From assembly GCF_964204645.1 (NCBI RefSeq), contig NC_134026.1, forward strand, positions 5,417,950 through 5,481,949: 64,000 nucleotides of DNA. The letters run 5' to 3'. The position numbers were made by a program, and so were the translations under genes. The notes below the pieces were generated by a model. It saw only the letters and a program-made list of their open reading frames with translations. It made no database searches and was not told the origin of the DNA. Origin of the DNA: Tubulanus polymorphus. Taxonomy: Eukaryota > Animalia > Nemertea. Shown piece after piece: positions 25,701 through 45,552 of the stretch; the first letter of the stretch is position 1; the number at the start of each line of letters is the position of its first letter.

Positions 25701-26742
25701 TGGATCTGCCTCTGTATTTTCTTATTTCGATTCACAGTTAGAAGACGGAAGTACACACGAGAAGCTCGATTTCAAGATCAATTTACTGTGTTCATCGTTC
25801 ATGATGGCTATTCCTTGCACAGGGTATGTAGTACTGATTATCCTTCGATCCCGACTGAATCAAATACATTCATTTTATATCTATAAATTCTATTTCCTAC
25901 TCTAAAGGTCTAGTTTCGCTGAACTGCTGGCGAATGGGGAATTAAGCGAAAAATCGTCTGCTAAATTTACACCAACTGATCCGAATTTCTCGCATAATGT
26001 AACAAAGTTATGTTTCCTCCAGCATTTTAGTGGTATGTATGGTTGTCTTCAAAGCTTTGTGTCATGATTTTTTCGCTTGAATTGGTCGTTACTGAAGTTT
26101 GTTTGTGAATTGAATTTTTCAGTTGTTGAACAAATTCCAGGCAGTGCCTCGTTATATAGTAAATCAATTCAAGGTCATCACGTTTGCCTTCTTATCAAAC
26201 AATTGGTTAGTAAAAATTTTTTAGTCATTTTATTTTTTTCCAGGGTCCGATCTAATGAATAAAGGCGACTAGCACGCATATCTAAAATTTCAATTACCCC
26301 CTGAAATCTACTTGCCTTAGATTTTGCTGTTAAAGCTTAAACAGCTGGAAAAATAGAAACAATTATCAAAACTGTTGGAAGCTATCTTTTCTATAATTTA
26401 TAAAATTTAACAATCAAACAGGAAAATGTTTCAAAAAGCATTTTGCTCAAAAACATGTCTATTAAGTAAGTTTTTCCATAAATCAAATTCACCGGCAGAC
26501 AAGTGATAATGATAACCTACTTGCCTTAATGAGAATATACTTGTCCCCGGGCAAACGAACAAGTGCTTAGATTGGACCCTGTTTTCCACTGTTTATTAGA
26601 AATATTTTGATTGATGGTAATGTGAATTGTATATTTTCAGTCAAATGGTGACCTTTCCGTGGATGCGAAGAGTTCAGATTCATCATTAATTTCCAATCTA
26701 GTCGACGAAGTGAAAACATTGCTGACTCAAAAACAAGAATAA
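1764..26742 (+). CDS. AP3D1: AP-3 complex subunit delta (5'-partial; first exons lie upstream of the window), 28 coding exons
   Basis: Exons, all GT-AG and phase-consistent: 1764-1844, 3379-3486, 5846-5975, 6829-6968, 7616-7689, 9407-9456, 12564-12613, 15337-15385, 16845-16990, 17714-17862, 20705-20831, 20924-21027, 21501-21732, 21816-21961, 22122-22278, 22601-22754, 22831-23018, 23130-23212, 23475-23637, 24120-24401, 24507-24653, 24836-24883, 24969-25106, 25221-25361, 25738-25823, 25908-26032, 26123-26205, 26641-26742 (TAA). The translation contains AP3D1 signatures GYLAASQSFHEGTDVLMLTTN, GVQSAAVNVICELARKNP, FGALTPLEPRLGKKLIEPLTNLIH, LCVQKLRILIEDSDQNLKYLGLLAM and ELNPVAPKAQRKVPVPEGLDLDAWINEP, then a Lys-rich hinge and a C-terminal ear domain. 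Confidence 0.97.
2689..2851. mobile_element. MITE family A (AAGCCGCGATCACACG termini, internal GGCCCGGGCCAAATT motifs), short copy
   Basis: Inverted termini AAGCCGCGATCACACG / CGTGTGATCACGGCTA; related copies at 6003-6308, 10808-11033 and 11256-11534. Confidence 0.65.
4090..4620 (-). mobile_element. 5'-truncated, decayed L2-clade LINE (ORF2 C-terminus plus 3' tail)
   Basis: The minus strand reads LQLVPNNAARLVTRTMRREHITSILKQLHRLPVHER...APKYL...GSKSFSYASPALWNSSP...SLSVFKKRLKPHFF, with stops and frameshifts. This is the typical L2 ORF2 end, followed by a short ATC/ATT-rich tail near 4090-4115. Confidence 0.8.
6003..6308. mobile_element. MITE family A copy
   Basis: CGCGATCACATGG ... CGTGTGGTCGCGGCTT, with internal sequence shared with the other copies. 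Confidence 0.6.
10808..11033. mobile_element. MITE family A copy (left end missing)
   Basis: Collinear with 6060-6308 and ends GTGTGATCGTGACT. Confidence 0.55.
11256..11534. mobile_element. MITE family A copy in opposite orientation
   Basis: Reverse complement of the 6003-6308 copy; ends CCATGTGACCGCAGCTT. Confidence 0.55.
14157..14415. repeat. Two diverged, back-to-back tRNA-derived SINE head fragments
   Basis: Minus strand TGGCTGAGTCTAGCGATGCCATCAGGTTCGAATCCCTG (14161-14198) and plus strand TGGCGAGTCTCGAAGCCGACAGGTTCAAATCCCTG (14376-14410); both contain a B box. Confidence 0.45.
15503..15835. mobile_element. piggyBac-like MITE carrying a nested palindromic insertion
   Basis: Terminal inverted repeats CCCTTTCAGTGC ... 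GCACTGAAAGG, TTAA adjacent to the left end, and internal similarity to 1-227. Confidence 0.6.
15715..15753. mobile_element. 39-bp perfect palindrome with 7-bp target-site duplication (possible P-superfamily minimal element)
   Basis: CATGGACGTATAAACTAGA-G-TCTAGTTTATACGTCCATG flanked by GACACAC (15708-15714 and 15754-15760). Confidence 0.65.
17266..17526. mobile_element. MITE with CAGGGTGGCCAC termini (hAT-like)
   Basis: Perfect inverted termini CAGGGTGGCCAC / GTGGCCACCCTG and internal TCAGGGAA repeats. Degenerate relatives lie near 34961 and 35893-36131. Confidence 0.65.
17977..18168. mobile_element. MITE with AAGCCCAACACACAC / GTGTGCGTTGGGCTT termini
   Basis: Imperfect inverted termini and internal AAAAACGTTTTT palindromes. 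Confidence 0.55.
18199..18323. mobile_element. Short foldback MITE
   Basis: GGCCAGTTGCTCAAAAGTTGGT ... ACCAACTTTTGAAAAACTGGCC inverted arms. Confidence 0.55.
19874..19993. mobile_element. Short foldback MITE (second copy at about 29620-29712)
   Basis: CCGGTTCCACAGTTGTGAGTTA ... TAACTCACAACTGTGGAACCGG (22-bp perfect arms); the core CATTGAAAA(A)TGAACTAA is shared with the copy at about 29.6 kb. Confidence 0.65.
20258..20560 (-). mobile_element. tRNA-derived SINE with a CORE-like central domain and L2-type 3' tail
   Basis: Minus strand: A box TGGCCGAGTGG, B box GGTTCGAAACC, then GTGTCCCTGGGTAAGACACTT (CORE-like), CTCTCCACCCAGGAGTAAATGG, and the tail TGTAAAGCGCTCTGAG...AGCGCTATATAAGAC. Confidence 0.8.
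24676..24815. mobile_element. piggyBac-like MITE fragment, same family as 1-227 and 15503-15835
   Basis: Starts TTAACCCTTTCAGTGCTGAC and is the reverse complement of the right end of the other two copies. Confidence 0.55.
26241..26581. mobile_element. MITE (hAT-like CAGGG termini) in the last AP3D1 intron
   Basis: CAGGGTCCGATCTAA / TTAGATTGGACCCTG inverted termini. Confidence 0.55.
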
Positions 26743-29158
26743 AAACCTGAAATGAATTTATTTTCATGACTTACTAGCTATATTGTGCATTTGAAAGGTT
26801 TTGGGTGTAGCGTTGTTATAAGTAGACCTAAATGGGGCTCATCCCCGGATAACTACAAATTGGACCAAATGGATTATTCTTGTATTCCTACAATAGTATA
26901 AGCATTATGAATTAGATTTGTAAAGGGATTTCAATACCTATTTTTTGAATTACGAAACTGCAGAGAATTATTCTTAAAGTTACAGTTCAAACTTGGAAAC
27001 TTGGCCATTATATTTAGATTATATCTAGTATTGGCAAGACAGAAAATGCCAAGTTGATTTAGTTTCTGGTTTTCACATTAGATGGCGAACTAATCGTTCG
27101 TTACTAAAAACGTCAGGAAAATCCGAAATTTTCCTGTGTAACTCTTAGCAAAATCCTTTCTGAATTATAAATCTTCTGTAAAATCCTTTACACGCTAAAA
27201 ATAAAAGTGAAATTAAACTACTGGTATGAGTAAAATTTGATGAATTATTCAGAATGTGCTCTTGTATTGTTATCATAACTGACTGTATATCGGTATATAT
27301 ACGTATCTGTAAAAGAATGGAATATTTTGTAAACATAATTGCAGCATACCATCGGGTGCCTGGGAACAAAAAGCTTATAACAAACTCGCTGTATGATGAG
27401 CTTTGTGGACAAGTCAAGTTGAGCGTTCGTAAATCATATCATTATATTATATCAAATGAAGTAACGATCATAATTAGTATACTGGCATTAATTCTGGTAT
27501 GCCAATGCAGACGGCTAAACCAGGGTAGTGCTCCATTTCAATTGCAATTTATCACACAGCCTTAGACATAGACATAATATCCTGCCAGCTATCTACGTAT
27601 GTACGAAAGTATGTATTTCTTAAGATGAATTTATCCGGGCAAAATTTCATTAAGAATATTCTGTAGGCGGTTTAGACTTTAATTGAATTGATATGAAACA
27701 ATAACCTAATTAAAAGTTAAACTTTTGTGAAAACCCATCCCCTGGCCCATTTCTGCAGTAATTGTATGACATAATGTTGACAATTGGACCTTTTCCCAGA
27801 ATTGATTTATTCCAGGGGCCAGTTTTTTCAAATTTTTACAAACTTTCATTATTTGCCTATGGTGGCCCCGTCCTTTATTCAATGACTTCGGCAATGAATT
27901 TATCATAATGAGCTATGAGAAATTGGACAAGGTGTTTTATGTTTTAGATTGATTCATTTTCATTGACAACCACTCCTAAAGTAAGTGAATGAATAGCCTA
28001 CGATCGCCGATGACCCAAAGATAAAACTTATGAATGGAAAATCACACATTGCTCATATATAAGCGTATTGTAAATATTATAGTATGATATTGTGTTTTGT
28101 TGTGACATGGCTGATTATTGATTGATCGCATCAGAAAAAGGGTTGGTTATAATACTGTAAATGTATATTATAAATAATATATATCCAAATAAAATAAAAC
28201 CAAATTATAAAACAGCATGTTTACGTTTGTTGTTGATACTGTTGGAAAAGAGGTTTTCAAAGAGGATATTGAAAACAAGCATTTTTTTCCAGAAGCCTGA
28301 ATCAAACAAATCAATTCAAGGCTTTCCGTTTTACGGCCGAGGAATGAATTTGAAATGATCAAATGAGCTTCATTCATATATTCACTATTGTTTACGAGGA
28401 GTGCCCCGCCCGGTATTGATATAAACATTCCAGCAGTAGTATTTGTGTGGGTGCCTGATCGTTCGACCACGTGTTTTTGATTTGATAGTAAACATCGATA
28501 CACCGTCAATGAAACGATACGGCCGCTGATTGGTTTACCAGCGCCACTACCCATGTATCGGTACGCGATGAATGAACCGTGTATTTGCCGTGAGAAAAGC
28601 TAGTTACCACTCGAAAAAACTCATCAAAAACCATAATTAAAGTTTCAATCGCAATCGATTTGCTTCATAAGCGTAAATATTCACTTATAACTCGAAAAAA
28701 GCATGAACGGCTCAGTCGAAACATTTGAATTTGAAAAATAGTTCATATCGCGTGATCGTAAGATGTGACTCGCCCATGTGAGTGAGTTGTGAGTGAGTCA
28801 GCTTCAGTTGCATCGATAGCAAATTCAGGATTATCATCGTTCGGTGGCATTGCATCAGTCGCCTGATCGAAATCGAAAGTATCTGCCTATCGAGAAAAGG
28901 AATTCGCTATAGTTCTTTTAGACTTTGATTAACGCGGTTTGGAGCTAACGTGGTGACCTAGTTTTCCCGAGTTGCGCGGTTTCGCGATCCCCATATCTAT
29001 CTTGGCGCGTTGTGACAACACATTTACAACTAACAGTGCCAGCTCGAGTAGTAGATCGGCTCCGTTTTCTCAACACACTCGACACAAGCTAAAACGTTTT
29101 CAAACTGAGGAAAGAACATATATAGTCCATCGTTGTCGGTGAAAGAAGGAGGATAAAC

Positions 29159-36919
<7,761 letters not shown>

Positions 36920-37873
36920 CCACACCAACTGATAGATGCTCGGAATTTACTATTACAAAACAGCGAGTGGAGTTAATGCATTTATGTTGTCATAGCAACC
37001 AGGCTTGAGACGCGCGTATTATTTTGTATCGAACTGAGAAAAACAGACCACAAACAAACATTTACATTGAAAAGCACGATAGATAACGATGAAAAGATGA
37101 CAAATCATTATTAAAGAATGATTATGATTACTTATGATGTGAATCGACAGGCGCGCCGTTAAACCATGATCGAGTGAGTGTATATATATTTTTGTGATGA
37201 TTAACGATAAGATACCATTGTCTTTCTGGTTGTTATGGTTACGTATGCGTTATAACCATTTTGCTCAAAATGCGCGTGGCAAGACGGAAGGCGTCGCGTA
37301 CACGAGCTAGAGCGACGTTCGCTGCGTGTATTCATTACCCGGATCGACATGCGCGCGGCGTCCGATCGCGTTCGCGCGGGGGGTTTCGGAAGCGGATAGC
37401 ATCGATTTGACGGCTAAAACCTGTGATAAAGTACGATTAGCTGCGGTGTGAGAATTGTTGTTGTGTCAGTGTGGGTATCGTTTAACCGAACTATAAATAT
37501 CTCGAAATGCCAAACGTCTGCCGTGCCTCTATTCGCTAGCAGACGACGAAGATGAATGAACAGACGATACAAACGTTGCGAAATCTTCATATCAGAACAA
37601 TTTCGAGACGATAATAATCTTCTTATCTGTTATTTTCACGGCGGCTCGAGCCGTTTTTGTATCGCGTCTAGATGAAAAAAATAGTCATTGATTATTGACA
37701 AATATATAGTGTATATTTGTTTATTAAGTTGTGTACAACAGACGGATGAAAAAAAAGTCTAACTTTAGTGTGTATGTACGCGTGAAGTGCTTCAAAATCA
37801 CTGATGACCGAAAGTATGCTTGCTTCTTGTCGTGAATGTGCTGATGATAAAAGCTTTAAAAGCTGTCCATATG

Positions 37874-37876
<3 letters not shown>

Positions 37877-37922
<46 letters not shown>
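37877..37922. repeat. (AT)23 microsatellite in the putative VLDLR-like 3' UTR
   Basis: Read directly from the sequence. Confidence 0.95.
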
Positions 37923-37927
<5 letters not shown>

Positions 37928-40900
37928 GATATTATATTATTATTATAAGTAGTATTTATTATGCTAGGGAATCTCTGTGCTTACTCTCGCGTGACTGAAT
38001 GATGAAATAATGTGCTGCCTATCACCCGCCCGAGGGTAGGATTATTTTCTGTTTGTAAATAATGATTGTATAAGATTTTTTGTTAAAAAGAGTTCATTTA
38101 TGTACATATATTTAGTGAAAGCGTGTAAAGGCGTGCTTGTTGTTTGTGTTTGATGTCGATATACGTATTGTTATAAATTTTTGAGTTGACGATTTAATGC
38201 GCAAAAAAGAAAACATTCCCCTATACTGAGCAATGTCTTTCATTGTGGATTTCTGATAATCATAGACACTGCCACTAACCAGTTAAATGCCAACACCCGG
38301 TTACTTTTCTAATCTCATTAGCGGATTGTATATCAAAAATAATCAATAAGTTAATATGCCCTTAGAATTTCACATCTAAGTTAGTTTAGTTGGCTGAAAC
38401 CGTTTTGGTCTGTGCTTTAAAACGATTATTGTAGTTATCGTGACGAAAGACTTGCTTTTAGTAAAACGGGAAGATTTTTGACGATGTAAATGTATTCGCC
38501 TTAACGCGTGTATGCTAGCTGAGATATGCTCTTCGAAGAAGTTTTGAAGTGTAAATGTAGTCACTGATCAAATGATAACGTTTTAAAACTAGGACTGTTC
38601 TATACATAGTTATAATAACGTGAAGTAGGCATGTTTAGACTGAATGAATCGTTCTTATTCTGGCTAAAAGCCAAGTCGGTTTCGTTCACCTTTTCATCGG
38701 AGGTCACACTGCGTACTACTACCACCTACCGCCACCGAGCATAACAACCCGATATCTTCGTGTTGACCCCGTTCTTGTAGATAAAAACCCATTGATATAT
38801 AGATACCGGTATTTCTGGAAAGTTGCGAGAAGACCGCTACGAATTTGTTCAAACTAGTTTTCAAACGTAGGTCATCGAGGTTGTTTACTCATTTCAACCG
38901 AATTGCACGATGCGCAGAAAAACTTCAAACATAGCCAATCATTGTCCTTGATTGATGATATTGCTTGGGCGTTTTAAATTGCATTTAGATTTTGTTGCAA
39001 GTTCATGCTTCTTATGAATGTTGACATTCCGTGTATTAATACGCATTAGGAACATGATGTAAGATACTGTGCAACATCTTGAATACAAATAATAAGCTTA
39101 AGAGTTCAACATCTAGTCCCATAAGGTTTTGGACTTACTTTACCCCGTTGTTTACACCGCAAAATGCTCGAGTCCTTTTAAGATCTGGTCAGGAATAGAA
39201 TACTCTCTTTAGAATGATACGGAAATTCCACCAAATGAAGCGATTTTTCCATTCTTCGCGTGGCAGCTTTTTCTACGTTTCAAACACTTTACTTCTACTA
39301 GTAGATTGTGTACGCTTTGTTATGATTTTTTAACCGACTCGCGTTATTCTTTCGAGCACATGTTCCATTTCGGGGATAGTTAGTTTCCTGTGCATAGAAT
39401 TCAAATATGTGCCTTATTATGTGTAGTTTTTGTGTATTTTCTTGCGTTTTCTTCATTAACTCTTGTTGAGATCAGTTAATCGACGCGCATTACTTGCCGT
39501 GACTTATTGGGTTGAAATAATACGTTGTAGTATGTTTACGACGAATATTCGGGGATTCTTTTGTGATTTGTAAATATAACAAAGCTTTGGGGTACTTAAA
39601 AAAGGATGAACATTACATTAATATAATAAGCACTTTGTACATAACCCTATTTAGTCTATGTTCTATATTCGTTTCAGTAGCTACCTTGTAAATAGTTGGC
39701 AAAGCGAATGCAATTCAAATCATGTATTTAAATTATGAAAGAGCAGTTATCACCGTTGTATGTATGTATGTGTATTGATGCAGAAATTATTGTCAGGTTG
39801 TATATTTTGTGGAAAGTTTGTTTCTTTGCTGAGGTTTGCGAAAGTAGTTGCTACTTTCGAGAGAAATAGTTGTAATTACCCAAGAAAAACTTGAATGGAT
39901 GTTATTGGCTTTTTGTCGAAATGAGTTTGAAGCACTTCATTTTGATATATCACTGTAAAAATGCAGCGCATATTTGTTTTTAAAAAAAGATAAACGAATT
40001 TTTTCATTAAAATCCTAATAAATTATGAAAACATATTCTGTGGCTTCTTTGTTGTTGATATAATATATATATACATCTTTGTGGAGGACTTCATTTTCAA
40101 ATTGAGTGGAAATCGAAGAAAAACTGTTTTTGTTTTCTACGACAAAGGTTTACGATTTATCTGAGGAAAAGTAGATAAAGAGGTAATCGCTTTAAGGACA
40201 TTCTTACTGAGCTCCTTCGTTTAGAGATAATCAGCTGATAAGGATATGGTAAGTTCCTTTGCCAACTTGTGATAATTTTTAAAAATGTGGTGTCAATTTA
40301 ATGCGGCTGGCTCTATACCAAACGACAAACAACATGACACCGTTGAAATGAGCAGGTGTGTCGTCAGTGCGCGCTGATTGGTCGATTCAAACATCAGCCC
40401 ATAAACTACCAACGACACAGTAATTATGACAACAAGCAATACACGATCGCGCGTCGCGCTCGTCTCAAGGTTGATAACATGCATACATAAGTAACTGTAA
40501 AAGAAATAATTCTCGTGAATATATTCACATGATGTGTTATATTAGCGTTTTCAGGCTGTTTGCCAATTTTTTTTCTCAAGATTTGCCAAAAAATATATAA
40601 TAATGCGCTGAAATTAGGTACAATTTGGAAAAACAAGTGTTTGCATTTGCGTTATCCAGTCCTTAATGATTATGTTTATCTAAGATTAGATAATATCAGA
40701 TAACATGTTGACGATCCTTAATTTGGTAAACCTATAGTATCTTATCTCAATAAGACAGGATCTGGTACTCAAAATCCCCGGGTCGCGTATTTAGTCCAAT
40801 GTGTAAACACAAATTCACGCTACAACAAGAACAAAAAAAAATTGTTTCAGCGGCTTTTTAATAAATGTATTCACAAAAAAAACACAGAAAAACAACATTT

Positions 40901-42329
40901 GTGAGATGAGGTGATTTGTGGGGAGATTCCATTGATCTGTTGAGAACAGACGTCATCGCCACATCGAACCATCTCTGTCGTCTGCAGCAGCATAATCATC
41001 ACCAGCAGTCTCTCATGTTACATTCCCGCAGCGCCAGTTAATGCAACCATAGCCATATGGGATACGTATCATACATATAAAGGCCTAAATCAATTAGAAT
41101 AGACATAATTATTGAAACATGATCAAGATTTTGGCCGATTACATTATCGAAAATCACACAGCAAAGTTCTACATCTTTTTTATTTCAAATTTGTTTATTC
41201 ATTCATGATATATCTTTACGTCAGACAAGGTTGTCTGAACAAAGTAGTGCAGCGTTAAAAAAAACATTACGTAATAAAAAAGTCTGGATTCACCAAAATT
41301 ATATATGGCGAAAGATATTCCTGTGACAACAGGCGTTACAAATCGAGAAAGAAAAGAATCGTTCTGCGTTTGGATGTTTCCTCACAACAAGAAAAAGAAA
41401 ACATATTGTCAGGTGTAAATAAGCAGTAAAGGCAAAAGGTGAAATACATATTTTAAGTACGTTGATAAATCCATGAAGGTCTATTTACAATTTACCGGCG
41501 GTAGGTTTTATTAAGTGCGCATCTTTCTTTAGCGGCTGCCAAAAGTTAATGTGGTGGATTGATAAAGAAAATAATAAAGATCAATCTATTTGTAGTATCA
41601 TTTTATGTTTTGATTATGATCATTTGACACGACTTCACAAATGATAGCGCAAATATCAGTTAGTCACCGGGGGCGCCATATGTCATTGCAGGAGGGAATA
41701 AGCGCGCGATAAATTGCATTACCCTAAACATTTTTTTCCTACGTTCAAATTAAAAAGATTCGCTTTTCAGATGATTGATCTAGTACGGTTTCTTCGTTGC
41801 ACCTTTCCATTCTATATACGGGTAGAGCATTTTACTGGACCTTTAGGGCCGTAGGCCTACCTAGCATTTGAATTTGGGGAAGGCAGATATATCCGAAAAA
41901 GGACGGTTCTATTGAATATAACAATAATATAGGCGCTTTTCCCACATTTCAGAGGGGCAACTGCCCCTGCCCTTGTCCTCCGCTATGTACGACCCTAGGC
42001 CTTTAGCGGAAGTTTCGAAAAGTGAGAAATATTATTCATCAAACGAACTGGTTGATAAAAAGTGTGGCGTTGAAAATCCCGTGGATAATGCGGCTCAAAT
42101 AGATTTTGCATTAAAAAAGCGCGGACCTTTTTCGGACTTTGTTCTAACGATATTCGATGTGTGTATTTTCATTCACACACCCTGATAAGCGAACATTGAC
42201 CCAGACGATGCCGTCTGCGATTGACGTCGTCGCGAAAAATTCTTTGGTGGAGATGTCACGTAGTACGAACCTATCTCTGTTACTACTTGTCCAAACAACA
42301 TCGTGTTAAGATACTAACAGGAATATGTC

Positions 42330-42790
42330 ATACAGTCGTTTCTCACTAAATTCATGCAGTCACCTTCCATGTTTACGAGCAACGGCTCAACGTGCTACGA
42401 AGTCCATCCTACCCAGACGATTACACAAAACGGGAAAATTCGATCCAAGGAGAAGGATAACAGTAGAATACAAACCTATACAAATTGGAAAAACGTCGAT
42501 GCAAAAAACAAGAAAAACTATTTCTTCATTCGATGGGAGAACGTCTGGAACTCGGTACCAGAGGAAGTACCGGTAGTCATTGCATCTACAGCGGACACAG
42601 GATTAGACAAAATTGACATCTTCCCAGGCGCTGGCGGCATATCAATTCGATGGGGAGCCCGGACATCTAAAGCTGGGCGTAGGTCGACCTTGCGACGGCT
42701 TGCGACTCACTGCGACGCGATTCACTGCGATCGCCAGCAACGATCGCAAGGCCTACGCCCGCAGTCGTGTTTGCATGATATGAATTTGTA
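42330..42790 (+). mobile_element. Decayed CR1-like LINE 3' fragment
   Basis: Frameshifted remnants YEQRLNVL...RRL and KKNYFFIRWENVWNSVPEEV..VIAST...LDK resemble the CR1 ORF2 C-terminus (NFFS.RVVN.WN.LP.EVV.A.S...LD). Confidence 0.45.
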
Positions 42791-43536
42791 GGAGGGCTCA
42801 TATTTTCGTAAAATATATAACTTCTTTGCGGAAATTGCATACTGTATTTTCGTGTTTATGGAGCTTGCTAGCTACACGGTATAAACCATCTCCTTGATAA
42901 ATTGCCTTTTATAGAAAACCCGTCCAGTCTCATTTCATGTGACGACAGATTGAAAATCGACGCACCGCGTAAGAAATAACAAAATACACGCACCACAGTG
43001 TCGGCTAAATATACAACTAAAATATAATTCATTCTTCTCAGCTCCTTTCCGTACAACAGCTTTTATTTAGTCCTTTTTACATAATATTCTTTATCACAGA
43101 CGAATAATATCACAATTCAATATAGACTACATGTGTATAAGATTATTATTGGTAAATAGCACGGATTTGAAGATTATTGCAAACGAACTAATTTGAAATT
43201 ATTACCATTTAAAAACAATACACTCTCTGCCTCCCAACGATCATGTTGATGACGTTGCATAGTAGGACGGCATGACGTCATACAACATTTGAACTCAGCA
43301 GAAGTACGAGAATTAGAATACATCCGAGATTAACTTATAAATATTTACTATACATATCAACGATATCTCAATTATGAATACAGAACAAGTGGGAGTTTAC
43401 GGCACCTCCCTACCGAGATGCGGATTAATGCGCAATGTAGATAATCTCTTGAAAATCGACATTCGAGATTTGATCGAATATAAATATTTTAAACAATAAT
43501 AACAATATGTCCTTTGAGTTTCAAATTGAATCAATT

Positions 43537-45552
43537 TCAACTTTCCACTAAACTTAAAGTGACGGAGCGTTCTCCGTCCAACGATTTCTTCACCTTTTGT
43601 GTGGTCAACGTCATTGCTAACCTCACCTGATGTAACCACGGTTTTTCTTTGAAAGTGTTCGCGACGGATAAACATTTAATCGCGTAGTCTCTGGATTTCA
43701 TACCCCTATATTTCTCGTACTGATCCAAAGTTCGTTGCGCATCGTCCACCTCGTAAACCCCTACGTGATAGAACGGTTTCGGCAAACTGTCTACACTGTT
43801 CATTGGTAACGGGATGCCGTACTCGGCAGACTTCGCTTTGACGAGTAATGCTGCTGACTTCGTCTGCCGCTTCTTCGGTCGTCCGTCTGCATCGCTCATC
43901 GATTTGGCCGATTTCAAATTTTTCGGCCCGCTAGATTCGTTAGGTTTTAATTTACCCGTTTCTAAATAGTTACTTTTCATAGAAGCCGCGCTCGGGCTAT
44001 TCGGTCTAAGCTCGGATGTTTCTGAACCGGTCGAATGCATAGCGAGATTCTGGTGTGACTGACTTTTCGATTTCTTCATCGATGATTGGTTGCCATAGCT
44101 CAGATTCTGCTGTGACTGGCTAACGCGACGGCGTTCTTTGATTGGTGGTAAGCGAACCGAGTCATCGAGCTCATCAGTTGGAGACGTCAGCATCGGGTAC
44201 GTGCTCGATTCGCTATGCCCCGACCTATCACTAGCCTTATCATCTATGATGCTACTTTTGCCCGATTTTAGACCGGCAATAACGGACTTATTCAAGCGAC
44301 CGATTCGAGGCAATTTCACATTAACATTCAACAACCTTCTGAAATAGCCCTCCGGGTCATCGTCATCGATGTCAAGATGTGCCGGCGGCAAGTTCAATAT
44401 TTTCCTATTTTCGATATCAAATCTGGTGATGGCTTTAGATTTAGCTTGCATTTGACACTCGGAAAAGCCGTCGACGTAGACACCCTGTCCAACCAGCGGT
44501 GCATCTTTCTCAGGTCGACGCTTCAAAGAAGACTTATCTAAACCGTAAATCAGTAACGTACGCTCTTTGGCTCGTTCGCCCCAAGCTCTCATCTTGGCGT
44601 ACAGCGACAACGGTACGGACGTCGTCGAATAAGCGATGCGACTCCATTGCTTCGTCAACAGAAATTGCGCGCAATGTTTATGTTTCTGTCGAAGAGCGAT
44701 ATTTAGTGGTCTGAGACCGTTACCATCTTTAGTCATAACTGTACATACGTTGTTATGTACAAAAGCACGCAGTACCCCGAGCTGACCGTTCTCCGTCGCT
44801 TCGTGTACGGGACATTTGAAACTGTCGACGTGTTTCGTTTTCAAGCACCACTGTCGGTACGGGTGTTGCCCAACTGGTTCATCGTGACGAATTCCCTGTT
44901 TCATCAGCGAAATCGCCAGGTCAACGTGGCCAAAATGAGCAGCAATGTACATCGCTACTTTCATCTGATATCTGGCCACGAATTCATCGGCCGATAACTT
45001 AGCCATCATGTGATCGGTAAAACCCATAACCGCCAGTGTCAAAAAGTCGTTCCAGCCATCCCATGTTTCCAGGTTAATCGTATCACCTGCCTGGATGTCG
45101 TACTCATCAAGACCATGTACATCGTACATTTCCCTATCGTCTTTCGTAACCAGACGAAACACCCCGACCGGCAGTCCAGTCTTCTTCGACGCTAATGTCC
45201 TCAATTCCGCTGTGAGCATTTCTCGAATTTTGATCCGTTCCAGAATGTTCAAAGTTTCTCGGTTGTGTACGCAGTAGATGTACAGGATCGGATTGCGTTC
45301 TTCTTTCAGGAAAGCTCGGATCGTTGATCCGGGATTCACGCCGATATCGGTGAGAATCCACTCGTCTCCAAGTTCAGCGCCGCCATAACTGAGAACCAAA
45401 ATATTCTTGGCGGTTTCCATATCTCCGGTAGCTGCATTATTCGGACGGATGAAGAATTTGTCTTGGACCATTACCTTCACATCGGCTACAGTTTTACCAT
45501 GCGGAATGTCCATTGATGCCCGTTCATCTCCGAATGAAACGAATATTCGCAT
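43537..45552 (-). CDS. ANKUB1: Ankyrin repeat and ubiquitin domain-containing protein 1, single coding exon (671 aa)
   Basis: The ATG at 45552 (MRIFVSF...) follows a tttcag acceptor (exon starts at 45560), so the upstream TTG start in the ORF track is intronic. N-terminal ubiquitin-like repeats (LSYGGAELGDEWILTDIG; ETWDGWNDFL) and the ankyrin region (VAMYIAAHFGH, VGQHPYRQWC, KCPVHEATENGQL) match recalled human ANKUB1. A long Ser-rich C-terminal region follows. Confidence 0.92.
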   Translation of the reverse strand: MRIFVSFGDERASMDIPHGKTVADVKVMVQDKFFIRPNNAATGDMETAKNILVLSYGGAELGDEWILTDIGVNPGSTIRAFLKEERNPILYIYCVHNRETLNILERIKIREMLTAELRTLASKKTGLPVGVFRLVTKDDREMYDVHGLDEYDIQAGDTINLETWDGWNDFLTLAVMGFTDHMMAKLSADEFVARYQMKVAMYIAAHFGHVDLAISLMKQGIRHDEPVGQHPYRQWCLKTKHVDSFKCPVHEATENGQLGVLRAFVHNNVCTVMTKDGNGLRPLNIALRQKHKHCAQFLLTKQWSRIAYSTTSVPLSLYAKMRAWGERAKERTLLIYGLDKSSLKRRPEKDAPLVGQGVYVDGFSECQMQAKSKAITRFDIENRKILNLPPAHLDIDDDDPEGYFRRLLNVNVKLPRIGRLNKSVIAGLKSGKSSIIDDKASDRSGHSESSTYPMLTSPTDELDDSVRLPPIKERRRVSQSQQNLSYGNQSSMKKSKSQSHQNLAMHSTGSETSELRPNSPSAASMKSNYLETGKLKPNESSGPKNLKSAKSMSDADGRPKKRQTKSAALLVKAKSAEYGIPLPMNSVDSLPKPFYHVGVYEVDDAQRTLDQYEKYRGMKSRDYAIKCLSVANTFKEKPWLHQVRLAMTLTTQKVKKSLDGERSVTLSLVES

